DNA of 64,000 nt from Hemiscyllium ocellatum. Its lineage: Eukaryota. The DNA is taken from assembly GCF_020745735.1 (NCBI RefSeq), contig NC_083408.1, positions 59,054,484 to 59,118,483 of the forward strand. The letters run 5' to 3'. Shown here piece by piece: positions 25,137 through 37,140 of this stretch. Positions within the stretch are counted from its first letter, which is position 1; the number at the start of each line of letters is the position of its first letter. The position numbers and the translations under genes are program-made. The notes under the pieces are model-generated. The model saw only the letters and a program-made list of their open reading frames with translations, did no database searches and was not told where the DNA came from.

Positions 25137-25176
25137 ATTCTCTCTCTCTTGCGCGCGCGTGCGCGCGCGCACACGC
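25137..25176. repeat. (CT)n-(GC)n microsatellite, alternating purine-pyrimidine tract
   Basis: TCTCTCTCTT followed by GCGCGCGCGTGCGCGCGCGCACACGC. Confidence 0.85.
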
Positions 25177-26129
25177 TATCCCCCCAGCCCTGCGATTACC
25201 AAATAGGGGTAATGTCAATGTCTGTGAGTTTATCTAGCGTGGCATATTCTTACCTGTATTTTTCTTTAATTAATATGGACTGTGGAAAAGTGTATTATCT
25301 TTGTACTACTTGATTTCATTTTGACGTTTTGTCTTCCTAATTTTTTCTCTTTTCCCTGACTGTTTCATTTTCTCTCCTATCATTCGCTGCTTTGTCATAT
25401 ATACTTCATGTGTACTTTTTCTCCCCCTTGAATTTCAATTTTACATTCGGGATGAATAAAGAAGGGTATCATAGTGGCATTTTTTCTTCTTTATAACTTG
25501 CTCAAATTATTTGTGATTTCACAACAGCTAAAAATCAGATACTCTCTTAAGTTAAGAAAAATACGACATAAAGTTATCCTGTGGCTGATTGAGCAGCAAT
25601 TCCATAGCAGCATTGACAACTACCTAGGGAGGCCACCCATGTGTGTGGCTGCCAATTTGAGAGATGATGATTGCAGACATTCAAACAGAGCTGTTGATAT
25701 AAAAATGTCAAATTAATATTTGGCTGTGGTCTATTGTTAGCAGCCTGAATTAGCTTTGAAATATTTACTGTTCTACTTTACTATAAGTTTTGACTTATGA
25801 AACCTTATCCCTGATTATTTTTACAATATTTAGTGGATGACTAATATATTTGCATGACTGTGACATTTATTTATAATCAGGAGAGATATGAAGGATTCCT
25901 GCCTCTCTGATAAGTCTGTGAGCTTTTACCTACATCTGAACTAGGAATACATGTTTCAAGATTTGAGCTAAGTTGGTTGATCCATATTTGGGAGTTAGTT
26001 CATCTTTTGTATTCATTTGTATGTATAAGGTTAGAAAACTTAAATATAGATATATGTAGTTGGTGGCTTAATTAATCTAAATTTAAATTATTGATTATCC
26101 TAATATCTTTTCTTTTTTTTTATTTGTAG

Positions 26130-26240
26130 AAAACTCTGAAGCAAGTGATTTGAAGCCGTTCTTTGATCAAACATATTCGCACATATATTATGTTTTCTTT
26201 GAAAATTTTGTGGCCATTGAAACCAGCCTAAAGCAAAAAG
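26130..26240 (+). CDS. RALGAPA1: RALGAPA1 coding exon 2
   Basis: Polypyrimidine tract plus TTTGTAG| acceptor, 111 nt encoding (E)[36 protein letters not shown](G), donor G|GTAAGG. Confidence 0.95.
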
Positions 26241-26250
26241 GTAAGGATAA

Positions 26251-26306
26251 GGGAGGGAGGGGAGGGGAGGGGAAGAAGAGGGAGAAGAGAGGAGGGGAGT
26301 GAAGAG
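26251..26306 (+). repeat. Polypurine (GGGA/GAA) tract just downstream of the RALGAPA1 exon 2 donor
   Basis: GGGAGGGAGGGGAGGGGAGGGGAAGAAGAGGGAGAAGAGAGGAGGGGAGTGAAGAG. Confidence 0.75.
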
Positions 26307-27729
26307 CTTCATTTTCATTTGCAACAAGGTGTAAACATAGTGTTCAGCAGCCAGTGAAATATTATTCCCATGGAAGTGTTGTGCATATTACCTCCAAATA
26401 GTATCATCCTTTACACAGAACAGTGTAAGATCTCCAAAAAATTGTTAATATTCTTAGTGCAGAGGCAGCCTCGTTGCTGATTGAGTACATTTTCTGCATT
26501 CATCCAGAGAAGCAATAAAGAGAATAAATCAACCATCATTTCACACCACTTCTTAGGAGATATTTTTAGTTTTAGTTGCTGGCATATGAAAGGCTGACAC
26601 TTGGATCAATGCACTGATTAGTAACCACGACAATCTGACTTTAACAAACACTCATGACAGTACCTTTAGCATCTTGATTCTGACACGTGTGTGTTATGAC
26701 TCTCATGCAGGAACTTCTCCTCTTTCAATTCTGTATTACTTTGTTCTTACAGAAATGTGTGCAATTTTTGTGAAATGAGGTTCTAGTTCTGGAGCTATAT
26801 AAGAGTGTGAGAGTAGAAAATCAGAATCCTGAAACATCTCAATGTTATTTTATTGTATTGCCCACGTACTGTTTCCAAAGAAACCTTCAAGCCAAGGCAC
26901 ACTTACTTTAGCTCTTAATGCATTTCCATTGCTGTGCCCTCTCTCTCACTGGTTCAAAATCGTGGAACTCCCTTCCTAATTACATTGTGGCTGTCCCTGT
27001 ACCATTCAAGAAGGCAGCTCACTGCCAGCACTGCTGCTACTACCCTCTGCCTCTTGGTTATTTAGGGATAGATGATAATTTCAGGCCTATCCAGTGCCAC
27101 ATTCAATGAATTAACCAAAACACTGATATGTATGGCTTTGCACAGTCAAAACAACCTAGCTGAAACCTGCAAAACAATTCATTTATTTAAATGTTAAGAT
27201 GATAAATGTGGGGAAAATATAGCAATAAATCTATGTCAATGTGCATCACAATGCTAGCTGTTTCTATCTAATGCAGTGTGCGAGAATTACTGGGTAAATA
27301 TTTATTTTCCACACAACAGTAGTTTAGCATAACAGTTGAAATATATAACTCACTTGAGGCAATAAGTATTTTCAGGTTTCTATTTACAAGTTATTTTTCC
27401 ATAATTATGCTTTTGAAAATCAATAATACAAAAGAAAAAAGTAAACCGATTCTACAAAAAAGTCTTAACTGTGACTATTTTAATTTTCAGATTTTTTGAT
27501 AACCTGAAAAAATTCTGATATGAAAATATCATAAATTAATGTTTCAGATAACTAGGCATGCATACGTATCTTGAACTTTTCAGAAGAGCCATTTTTGAAC
27601 AGAGGCAATCGGATACAACAAAAAGGTTGTCTTTGCAGCAAACACAAGTTGCTTGAATTGATCCCAGTCTGCAAAGCTTTCAGGGAGAAAATACATGATC
27701 CAGTTTGTGTGTATATAGCTTTGAAAACA

Positions 27730-27915
27730 CACCTTTGTTCTCTTTTTTCCTTTTTTCTTTTCTTTTTCTTTCTTTGTTTCTTTTCTGTCTGTCTTTCTGC
27801 CTTTCTTATTATTCTTCTCTGATGCTCATTCTTGCGCTCTCTCCTCTCTGTTCTGCCTCCTCCCTCCCCCTCTGTCTCTCTCCTCATTCTCACTGTTTGG
27901 CTCTCTTTCCTTGAC
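27730..27915 (+). repeat. Pyrimidine-rich low-complexity tract
   Basis: T/C-dominated sequence that generates spurious K/R/E-rich ORFs on the minus strand. Confidence 0.75.
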
Positions 27916-28407
27916 CCCTAACTTGCCATAGTTAGAGTTAGAAAGGCTTATTGCTGTAAATAGACAGTCCTTAAAGGAAATGTTACATCTGTACCATTAT
28001 CTCCAGAAAAAAAGTATTCAACCAGCCTAACTGATTAGAGAGAAATGTTAATGCCAATAACTTGTATGCAAAATGACTTCAGCATCAGACCCAGCAATTA
28101 CGCAACTGTGAATAATTATTTTTTCGAAATTTGCAGTTTACTTAGCCAAAGTCTTTTCACGATAACATTCTGCAGAACTGCATATTTTCCCCCAGGCTTG
28201 AAAGAGGGTGTGAGTGTGTTATTTTTCAAACACTGGCTGAGGTTATCACTAAGGACTCTCCTTCTCAACCTCTCTCCTTGCCTGAGGCGTGGTGATCCTC
28301 AGGTTAAACCACCATCAGTCATCTCTCTCACTCATGAGTGCAGCCCTATGGTCTGGTAAGACTGTGGAGATCTTACCTTTTTAATTTTAGTAGTTGGAAA
28401 AATATAG

Positions 28408-28621
28408 GAGAAACTAAGGACTGCAGATGCTGGAGATCAGAGTGAAGAGTGTGGTGCTGGAAAAACACAGCAGGTCAGGCAGCATCCAAGGAGCAGGAGA
28501 ATCAATGTTTCGGGCATAAGCCCTTTACCATTAATTCCTGATGAAGGACTTATGCCCGAAATTTTGGTTCTCCTCCTCGGATGCTGTCTGACCTGCTGTG
28601 CTTTTCCAGCACCACACACTC
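28408..28621 (-). mobile_element. Penelope-derived fold-back element with degraded hammerhead cores
   Basis: Arms from 28447 to 28621 and tail GGACTGCAGATGCTGGAGATCAG on the left. The plus core CTGATGAAGGACTTATGCCCGAAATTTT (28538-28564) lacks GUC. Confidence 0.75.
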
Positions 28622-31600
28622 GAGTTGGATGCATATGGACATTTAACCCTATTGTTGACCATCTTTGAATACGTTTTTTATTTTGTTATTTTAATATATC
28701 TGACTGACTTGTTTCTGATTCTGAACTAGATACAGATGTGGCTGTGCATGTGTCTGCGTTAATATATGCAAGTATAATATGATTGACAAGCTCACCTCCC
28801 TTTTAAAGTTTAAACTTGTGGCCAGTGGAGGAATAGGACAAGGAAACAAATCAATCCACTTCTAACTGGATCATAACAGTTTATTGAATTTGATATTTTA
28901 ATGTTTGAATCTCAGACCTGTTCTGGTGGTGGTAGAATGGAGATGGGTTGAGGGACAGTGTTGGAGATGGATTGAGGGCTTTGGACTGTGAATTTTCTGT
29001 TTCCTCAAACTGAGGCTTTGGGTGGAGAAAGTGCGTGAATCACATGCAATCAGCATGGTATCTGATTGGCATTCTTTGACATCTTTCCAGTAGATCGTGA
29101 GGGGGTTCCTGTCACTGAGAACTGTAATGTTTGCACTCAAGTTTTCCAATGGTGAAGGTCCCCTTATTCCATGTCCTTTTAAGACTGGCTGTTTGGCGAG
29201 GATAGGGTCAGAATTTCTGCAGAATAACAACTGAACATTTTCATGATCTTAATCTACAACACATCCAGCATGTAGTTGGGCACTTACAATCAGATGAAAT
29301 ATTTCGTGCTGAGAATGGTATGTGCTTTTGTACACTCATCAAACCTGATTTCGCATAAAGGTGGCTATCTCTTAGACATTGCTAATTTTTAGCAAGTGTC
29401 AGTCAGTATAAAGCCTTGTTTTAGTTTCTACTGCATAATCATGATGAAATAATATATTCTAAGTTTGGGCATTTCAGCATGAAAGCATTCCTGTAGTGAT
29501 TTTTACTATAGATTTTAAACAGTTGTTATAATGGGTCAAAGATGTTTTTTTTTCTCTGGGGATTGTCCCCTGTAGTGGTACATAGAATACTTTACAACTA
29601 CTTTCCTCCCCCTAAAACATGGCACACATTATCAGTGGTATTAGCATTTCCTTTCTACTTTGCTACATAATAAAGCAGTCTATATTTATCAATGAGCACC
29701 TTCTTTGTAACTTAACAGTCTGTTGCCAAAATTCAATTCTCAGAAAATACATGATTTTCCACTTTCACAGTTGGTCCAGTAATTAAGCCTCTTCGGTTTT
29801 ACCCCCTTAATTTTTTTTACCCATTACCTTCCTCAACATAATCCCTGTCACACAACAGTAATTCACTTTCGGTAGTCTATTTTTACTCAATAAAATGAAT
29901 AACTTATTGCTGTAACTTGTAAATGGCTTTTGTCCAATGTAATGCTCCAGTATAAAATACTGCTTTACTAATGCAATGCATAGGTATGCAGAGTTCACTT
30001 GTGCACAGCACAAGTCCAACTTTTCCACTGCCGTGTTTACATTTGCACAATAAATCTACTGTCTCATATGTATGTGGCATTCTAGCAGTTAGCTGATGGA
30101 ATGAGAATTTAAACCCATTAAGTAATGTACAAAATGAAAGTGCTGTTCTAGTTTCCCTGAGGTCAAAACATTAGTGCCATATTTAGTGTTTCATGTTGCA
30201 GTATTGGATAGTGGCAGAGCAAAATATTTATTTGATGTTACTCTCCAGATGATTATGTTTTAAAATGTCATCTCTAATTTGTGGTAAAACTAACTATGCT
30301 GGAAGCACACTGGTTCACAGTCATTCCTCTGATCTGGTTGCCATTGGGGTGGATCACTTTTCACATGCATATACAATAACTCAGAGTAATTAGACTGCTG
30401 CTTTGGAAGACTTGCAGAGGGAGCAATAAAAAGCAACTACTATTGTGTGAAGGAAGTATGCAGCTTGAGTGTGGAGAAGCAAAAATGCTATCTTGAGGTT
30501 GTTTTCAATTAGAAAAGAAGGGAACAGAATAAACCTCAACATTCAAGGAATAAGGAGTCACCAAGGTCAAACTTGATAAAAGTTGGACTTGGAAGACTAG
30601 GGAAGATTTCCCTATGAAAAGGCGACTAAATAAAAATTATTACCAGAAATTCATGGAAATTGTATGCCTATCCCATCGTGAAGATGAATGTAAAATTGAA
30701 CCTAATTAATTATTCTGTGGTGGGGTTGTTTCAAATCTGCCCATGATTGGTGCAGTTTTTCCTATTAGGAAATTACTTTAGCTGAGGATAAGGTAATGCT
30801 ACCTCAAGTGTTTTCAGAAAAATAACCTGTTGATGCTATGATGTTGAAGTTGTACAAGCAAAACAGTGACTTGGGTCCATGTGGTCCCATATAACCCTGT
30901 TGTGAAAACAAATGTCTCCCAAAAGTCAGAAACCTAATTCTGCTAATTTTAAAAGACATTGGCACACCAGACTGAAAAGAGAGTTCATTGCACTAGGAGA
31001 GGATTAAAACCATTTGCGGTCACAATGGCGGAGAAGCAAGAGCAAGGTGTGGCAGGGAGGATAATAACAGTATTCCAAACTAATAATGAAACAAAGGTAA
31101 CAAATAATTTGGAGAGTGGAACAGCTACATCCAATGCTGGCACTGTAGAGCCATGAAGGATGCTGTTTTTGAGGTTTCAATTTACACTCAAGTTGACAGC
31201 AATCAGTTTGGAAGAAAGGAATTTGACAAGCTCCAGCTAGATGGTAGGATGAAAAGTTAAAAGAAATGTGAAAGATTATGAACCATGCAAATTAGGATTG
31301 ATTTCTGAATTTAAGATGAAGTGAATTTAAGTTGTTTATGCATAGCAGTTCTGACCTTCGGTTTAACCGTTCTTCAAAATCTTGGAGATTCAAGACATGT
31401 AAATATAAAATGGAGATCAGGAGTTGTCATCTGAATGAAGTCTGTTGGGAGTCTTTCTTTTTAAATAAATTAAAATTGTGAAAATTTGGTTTCAGACTTT
31501 AAGAAAGAACAAAGAAAATTGCTGAATCCAGAGGATATAATAAATTGTGACAGGATTTGTTCTTGAACTGTAGTTCACAGCTGCTAGTATCCAAAAGCCA

Positions 31601-32695
31601 GATGGTTCACCAGCAATGTCAGTATCAACAAGATTAAGCAAATTGTGAAACCTTTTGGGCCTTCACAAGTGCTATTGAAAATCCAAATTGTAATCAATCA
31701 AAGATGCATTTTAAAAAACTAAATGAAGTTCCAAAGCCATGATACATACTGAGCATGTAGGCCATGCAGTCCATACTATTCAAAATGGGAGGAAAAACAT
31801 TTTTTTTTCTGGAAAGTTTGAAAGAAAATGCCCGTACCAGTACGAAAAGAAACTCATGCTTGGAAGAGAGTTGGAACTTGAATTCATGTAAGCCTGACAT
31901 TAAATCTTACTTGTCATATTCAGGCAGTTGTCATGGATTAAGTACACAAATAGGATGACTTGCCCAAGCTATAGAAGGCAGTAGTCAGATCACACCTAGA
32001 ATACTGTCATCAGTTTAGTGCTGTTTACCTATGGATGTGAAGTAGAGCCACTTGTCAAATTGATAGAGGATTCCAGGAGAACAGATGATCATTTATTTCA
32101 TGCACACATGGACAGAAGCTTTATGACAGGATCAAAGCTCACTTTGGTGAATTATGGCATTCCTTCAAGTTTTATATTGATTACAGCTTGCATATTTCAA
32201 TTCCCACATTTCGTATCCTTGTGTCCCATTTTATCTTTGTTTACCACAGTGTTTGTAAACGTTGAGTGTTCTTCACTTAACCGTGACAGGTTGTCTTTCT
32301 TTATTACCTCCCACATAGTCCTCCACAACATGGCTTTCCTCCCATGGTGTGCATTTCTGTGGTATACATTCGTGTGGTTATGCTGAATGTATGGTGCTAT
32401 CTGCTTTTTGCAAAATTCCACCAGGGCCCTTTATTGATGTTTGCTTTTCCCAATACCTTATATCTCCTCACATATCCTAGTGTAAATTTGCCATGTTTGT
32501 TTTCCATGCCCCAGTTGCTCCTTCCACCAGCTAACTTTTTGGGCCTGTCTCATCTGCCCATTGGATTTTTGAAAAATTAATTCATGAGATGAGGGTGTCA
32601 CTGACTCGGCCAGCGTTCATTGCCCATCCCTAATTGCCAAAAGGGCAGTTAAGTCGCAAGTACACAGGGTAGTGAAGAAGACCTATGGTACGTTT

Positions 32696-32935
32696 GCTGA
32701 AAATGTGTTGCTGGTTAAAGCACAGCAGGTTAGGCAGCATCCAAGGAACAGGAAATTCGACGTTTCGGGCCAGAGCCCTTCATCAGGAATCTGATTCCTG
32801 ACTGATTCCTGATGAAGGGCTCTGGCCCAAAACGTCGAATTTCCTGTTCCTTGGATGCTGCCTAACCTGCTGTGCTTTAACCAGCAGCACATTTTCAGCT
32901 CTGATCTCCAGCATCTGCAGACCTCACTTTTTACA
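32696..32935 (+). mobile_element. Penelope-derived fold-back element with two hammerhead cores and 13-bp TSD
   Basis: Near-perfect inverted arms and tail GATCTCCAGCATCTGCAGACCTCACTTTTTAC. CTATGGTACGTTT at 32683-32695 and 32936-32948, inside a CR1 fragment. Confidence 0.85.
32753..32792 (-). ncRNA. Minimal type I hammerhead ribozyme motif (intact core)
   Basis: Minus strand AGAUUC-CUGAUGA-A-GGGC(UCUG)GCCC-GAAAC-GUC-GAAUUU: 6-bp stem I, 4-bp stem II, full core, palindromic ACGU stem III. Activity not demonstrated. Confidence 0.7.
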
Positions 32936-34960
32936 CTATGGTACGTTTTGGCCTTTAGTGTCAGTGCATTGAGTATAGGAGTTGGGAAGTCATGTTGCAG
33001 CTGTTCAGGACCTTGCTTAGGCCACATTGGAATAATGCATTCAATTCTGGCCTCCCTGCTGTAGGAAAGATGGTTAAGGGTTTAGAAAAGACTTTACAAG
33101 GATGTTTGTAGGGTTTGAGCTATAGTGAGAGGCTGAACAGGCTGGGGCTATTTTCCCTGGAGCATCAGAGATAAGAGGTGACCTTTGTAGAGGTTTATAA
33201 AATCATGAGGGGCATGTATGGCCAAAGTCTTCCCTAGGGTGGGGGAGTCCAAAGCTAGAGGACATAGGTTTCAGATGAGAGGGGAAAGATTTAAAAGGGA
33301 CCGAAGGGGCAATGTTTTCACACAGGGGGTGGTGCGTGCATGGAATGAATTGCCAGAGGTGGAGGTGATGGCGGAGGCAAATGGGATAAATTAATTTAGG
33401 ATATTTAGTCAGCATGAACTGGAAGGTCTGTTTTCATGCTGTACATCTCTCATTATATGACTAAGAATCAGCAGCATTGCTGTGGGTCTGAAGTCACATG
33501 TAGGCCAGACCAGCTATGGATGGCAATTTCCATCCCTTAAGTGCCTCCACGAGCCAGTTGGATTTTTCCTGACAATCAACAGTGGATTCCTAGCCGTCAT
33601 GAAACTTCTAATTCCAATTTTTTTGTTATCGAATTTAAATTTCGAATCCGAGTGCCCAGCACATTCCTGGATCTCTGGATTAACAGTGCACTGTTAATAA
33701 CACGAGGCCATCACCGCCCCATTACATAATTAAATAGATCTGTTCCCTTCTGTTGTGGTTTTACTTTTATTGCTGCTGCTTCTAGTGGTAGTCTCGAAGC
33801 TTCTACTAATTCCTTAATTATTGTCTCATGCTGTATATGCCCTTCTGAGATGATATACAGTTTTCAACTTCATGTTTTATATATATAACGACTTGTTGGG
33901 CTGAAGGGAATCTAATCATAACCATATAAAAACTTGATATATTACCTAATATCTAAATCAATGTTATTCTGCTGTATGCTAATCTGTACACAACATTTCA
34001 GTTTGTTTTCAAAGGTCTTATTTCATCTCTCCTTCACACCTGAAGACATGGATAGTCACTATCTATTATCTGTGATACTTTCCACCCACAGATTATCTTG
34101 CTGTGTTTTCCCAGCCTCCTGCTTGTCTGTCTTGGATTCTAGAATCTGCAGGTTTTTTTGTCTCTTTACATCACTGACAGAAATTGCTGCTAATTCTTAA
34201 TTACTAGCATTTTGATACAAGTGCTTAACTACTGAAATTAAAGAAGCTGTAGTTTTCTTCCTTAAACTGCGTCCTGCATCCAACTTGTAGAAATTTCTTT
34301 TAATTCCTGACAATTGTACCATGCTCTCAAAAAGAAGCACATTCACTGTTTCTATCTTCTCATAATTCAATATTCTTAACAGAAATAAGAAAATTCTGCT
34401 GGTTCCCTGGCACTAACATCTTTGAAAATGTTACCTCTATATTTTTCACAATTCCAGATGCAAATAAACTAATGTGTTTCTTCTGAAACCTGTTTCGTTT
34501 GTGTGTTGCTTCAATTCACCCTTTACCTGATGTCCAAGAGTTTTGGCCTGGCAGCTGCAAGCATCAGGATCAAAGGAAGGTGTTCATTTAGCTCTGTGAT
34601 TCATTTATTTTTCTCTCTGCATGCCCTTTCCTCATCACGTGGCATCAGCCTGACTTTTCGACTAATCTCATCTTCTTTGGCTCTGACGTGTCAAATATTT
34701 CATTTATCTGTATGGCCTTTCCAGACCACATGGCTTCAACTTCACTGTTGGGTCAGTACTCGTTGCAATTGTAAGATATTGAGAGACGATTTGATTGAAC
34801 CACACAAGATTCTTGGGCCACTTGAAAGGGTACATATAGAGAGGTTGTTTTCCCTTTGTCCAGGTTTTTCCTCCAGAATTGAGGGCCTTATCTGAGTAAG
34901 GGTTCACCCATTTATGACCGAAATGAGGAGGAATTTCTTCTCTCTGGGGAGCGAATCTAT

Positions 34961-35282
34961 GGGCGGCACAGTGGCTCATTGGTTAGCACTGCTGCCTCAC
35001 AGCACCAGGGTCCCAGGTTCGATTCCAGCCTCGGGCATATGTCAGTGTGGAGTTTGCATATTCTCCCCGTGTCTGCAGGGCATATGTCAGTGTGGTGCCC
35101 TGGTTTCCTCCCACAGTCCAAAGATGTGTAGGTCAGGTGGATTGGCAACACTAAATTGCCCATAGTGTTCGGTGCGTTAGTCAGAGGGAAGTGGGTCTGG
35201 GTGGGTTCCTCTTCAGAGGGTCGGTGTGGACTTGTTGGGCCGCAGGGCCTGTTTCCACATTGTAGGGAATCTAATCTAATCT
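34961..35282 (+). mobile_element. HE1-type SINE with internal 18-bp duplication
   Basis: GGGCGGCACAGTGG head, GGTTCGATTCC B-box, (CTAAT)n tail. GGGCATATGTCAGTGTGG at 35033 and 35078. Confidence 0.9.
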
Positions 35283-35989
35283 GTGAAGGCTGATGAGGCT
35301 ATGTCAGTAAGTATATTCAAGGGGCTGAGAAAGACAGATTATTAATCAGAAAGGGAATTGATGGTTATGGGGGAAGCCAGGAAAGTAGAATTGAGGTTTA
35401 TCAGTTAAACCATGATCTCATTGAATGGCAGGGCAGCATCAGTGTGCTGAATCGTTCCGCACCTACTACTTATGGTTTTATATTTGAGATGCAGAATGTT
35501 TTAATGATGACACTTTAAAGAACTACTGGTGCTGGAAATCAGAAACAAAATCAAAAATTACTAGAAAAACTGAGCAAGTCTGGCAGCTATATTCCCTTCT
35601 ATCCATCTGTGAAGAGAAAGAGTTAACAAACTGGTCCAGTGACCCTCCTTCAGAATTCAAGAGTCACTGGACTTGAAATGATAAGTCTGCTTTCTCCCCA
35701 CGAATGCTGCCAGACCTGCTGGGATACAAATGTTATCTGTAGTGTTTATTGTAAGATATTTGAAACATTCACAGTTTTGTGATTTTTTTGTTTTGATAGT
35801 GTTGATTTCATTTTCCATAATACTCTGATAAAGCTTTCTTATTTTCATTTAATTTTTGTTTGCAAAGGTAGTAAACGTGTTACTAACATTTTTTTTTGGT
35901 AAGTTTATAATTTAAACATTTTTCCTTTCAACCTGAGGCATTAAGAATCTTGGAAGCACCCCACCTCGTTTAAATAAATAAATAAAGAG

Positions 35990-37140
35990 AGAGAGGTCAA
36001 TGTGAACATAGATCTATTAGAAAATGAATCTGGAGAGATACTTTTGACGAACATGGAAGTGGCAGAGGAGTTTAACAGATATTTTGCATTAGTCTTTATG
36101 GTGGAATATGCTTAAACATCCCATTATCATTAAAGAATAAGGGGGAGATGGAGGGAATGAAGTACCATCACTATGACTAAAGAAGCAGTATTGAGACAAT
36201 CTAATGCGGCTAATGACACACAACTTCCCTGGCACTGATAGCTTGTGCCCTAGGGTCCTAAAAATAGCTGCAGAGATAGTGGTTGAATTGGTTTTAATAT
36301 TTCAAAAGTTCATGGATTCTGGAAAACTGCCAGCATGGCACCATTATTCAAAAAAGTAGTGAGGCCAAAAGCAGGTAACTATAGGCCAGTCAAAAGTAAC
36401 AGCAGCACATAATCTCATCAAAATCATAATCTCATCAAACAGAGTCACCATGATTTCATGAAAGTGAAATTATGTTTGATTAATTTGGGAGAGTCTTTCA
36501 AGGAAGTCTCAACCAGAGTGGATAGAGGGGAATCTATAAATGTGTTACATTTGGACTTCCAGAAGGCACTCGACAAAGTAACTCTCAAAAGGAAAAGTCA
36601 TGAGATGATAGTTTGTGGTGTTGGAAATAGTATGTTGACTTACATACAGGAAACAGCATATGGGGATAAGAATTTCTTTCTCAGGTTAGCAATCCCTAAT
36701 GAGTGCCATTTCACAGTGGCGGGACCACAATTGTTGACAGTACATATTAATGACCCGGAAGAAAGAAGTGAATGTACTATAGCCAGATTTGCAGCCAACA
36801 CAAAAATAGTTATAATCTGGAAGTCTAATGAAATGTTGGCCGTTATTTCATGGGAGAGTCTGGGACCACAAAGCATAGTCTCAGAATTGAAGGACACCAA
36901 CATAAGACAGGTGAGGACTTTCTTCTGAGAGTTGAGTCTCTTTAGAACTCCATGCCACAAAGAGCTGTGTCTTTGTGCATATTTAAGGCTGAGAAAGGTT
37001 ATTAATCAGGAAAGGAATCCAGAGTTACAAGGAGAAGACAGACCAGCAAATGTCGAGAATGTTAGATTAGACATGATCCTCTTGAATGGTGGAGTAGGCT
37101 CAAAGGAGTGAATGGCCTCATTCTGTTTCTCCTATTTCTG
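35990..37140 (+). mobile_element. Decayed CR1-like LINE (RT region)
   Basis: ORF 36458-36928 with LHLDFQKALDKV and RFAANTK (degenerate FADD). Confidence 0.7.

Larger units (their letters stand above)
32583..33720 (-). mobile_element. SINE-like element split by a CR1 3' fragment (plus strand, ~32652-33460)
   Basis: SINE pieces at 32583-32651 and 33461-33720 (tRNA-like head GGGGCGGTGATGGCCTCGTG on minus) flank a LINE fragment; TAAG at both junctions. Confidence 0.65.

Noticed and set aside
27552-27914. Lys/Arg/Glu-rich ORFs
   Set aside because: Translation of a CT-rich low-complexity tract.
28392-28629. AGTTGGA as a TSD for the 28408 element
   Set aside because: The left copy is not adjacent to the inferred element end; may be chance.
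30959-31156. 65-aa ORF in the repeat-poor block
   Set aside because: No recognisable homology or splice context; length is within chance expectation.
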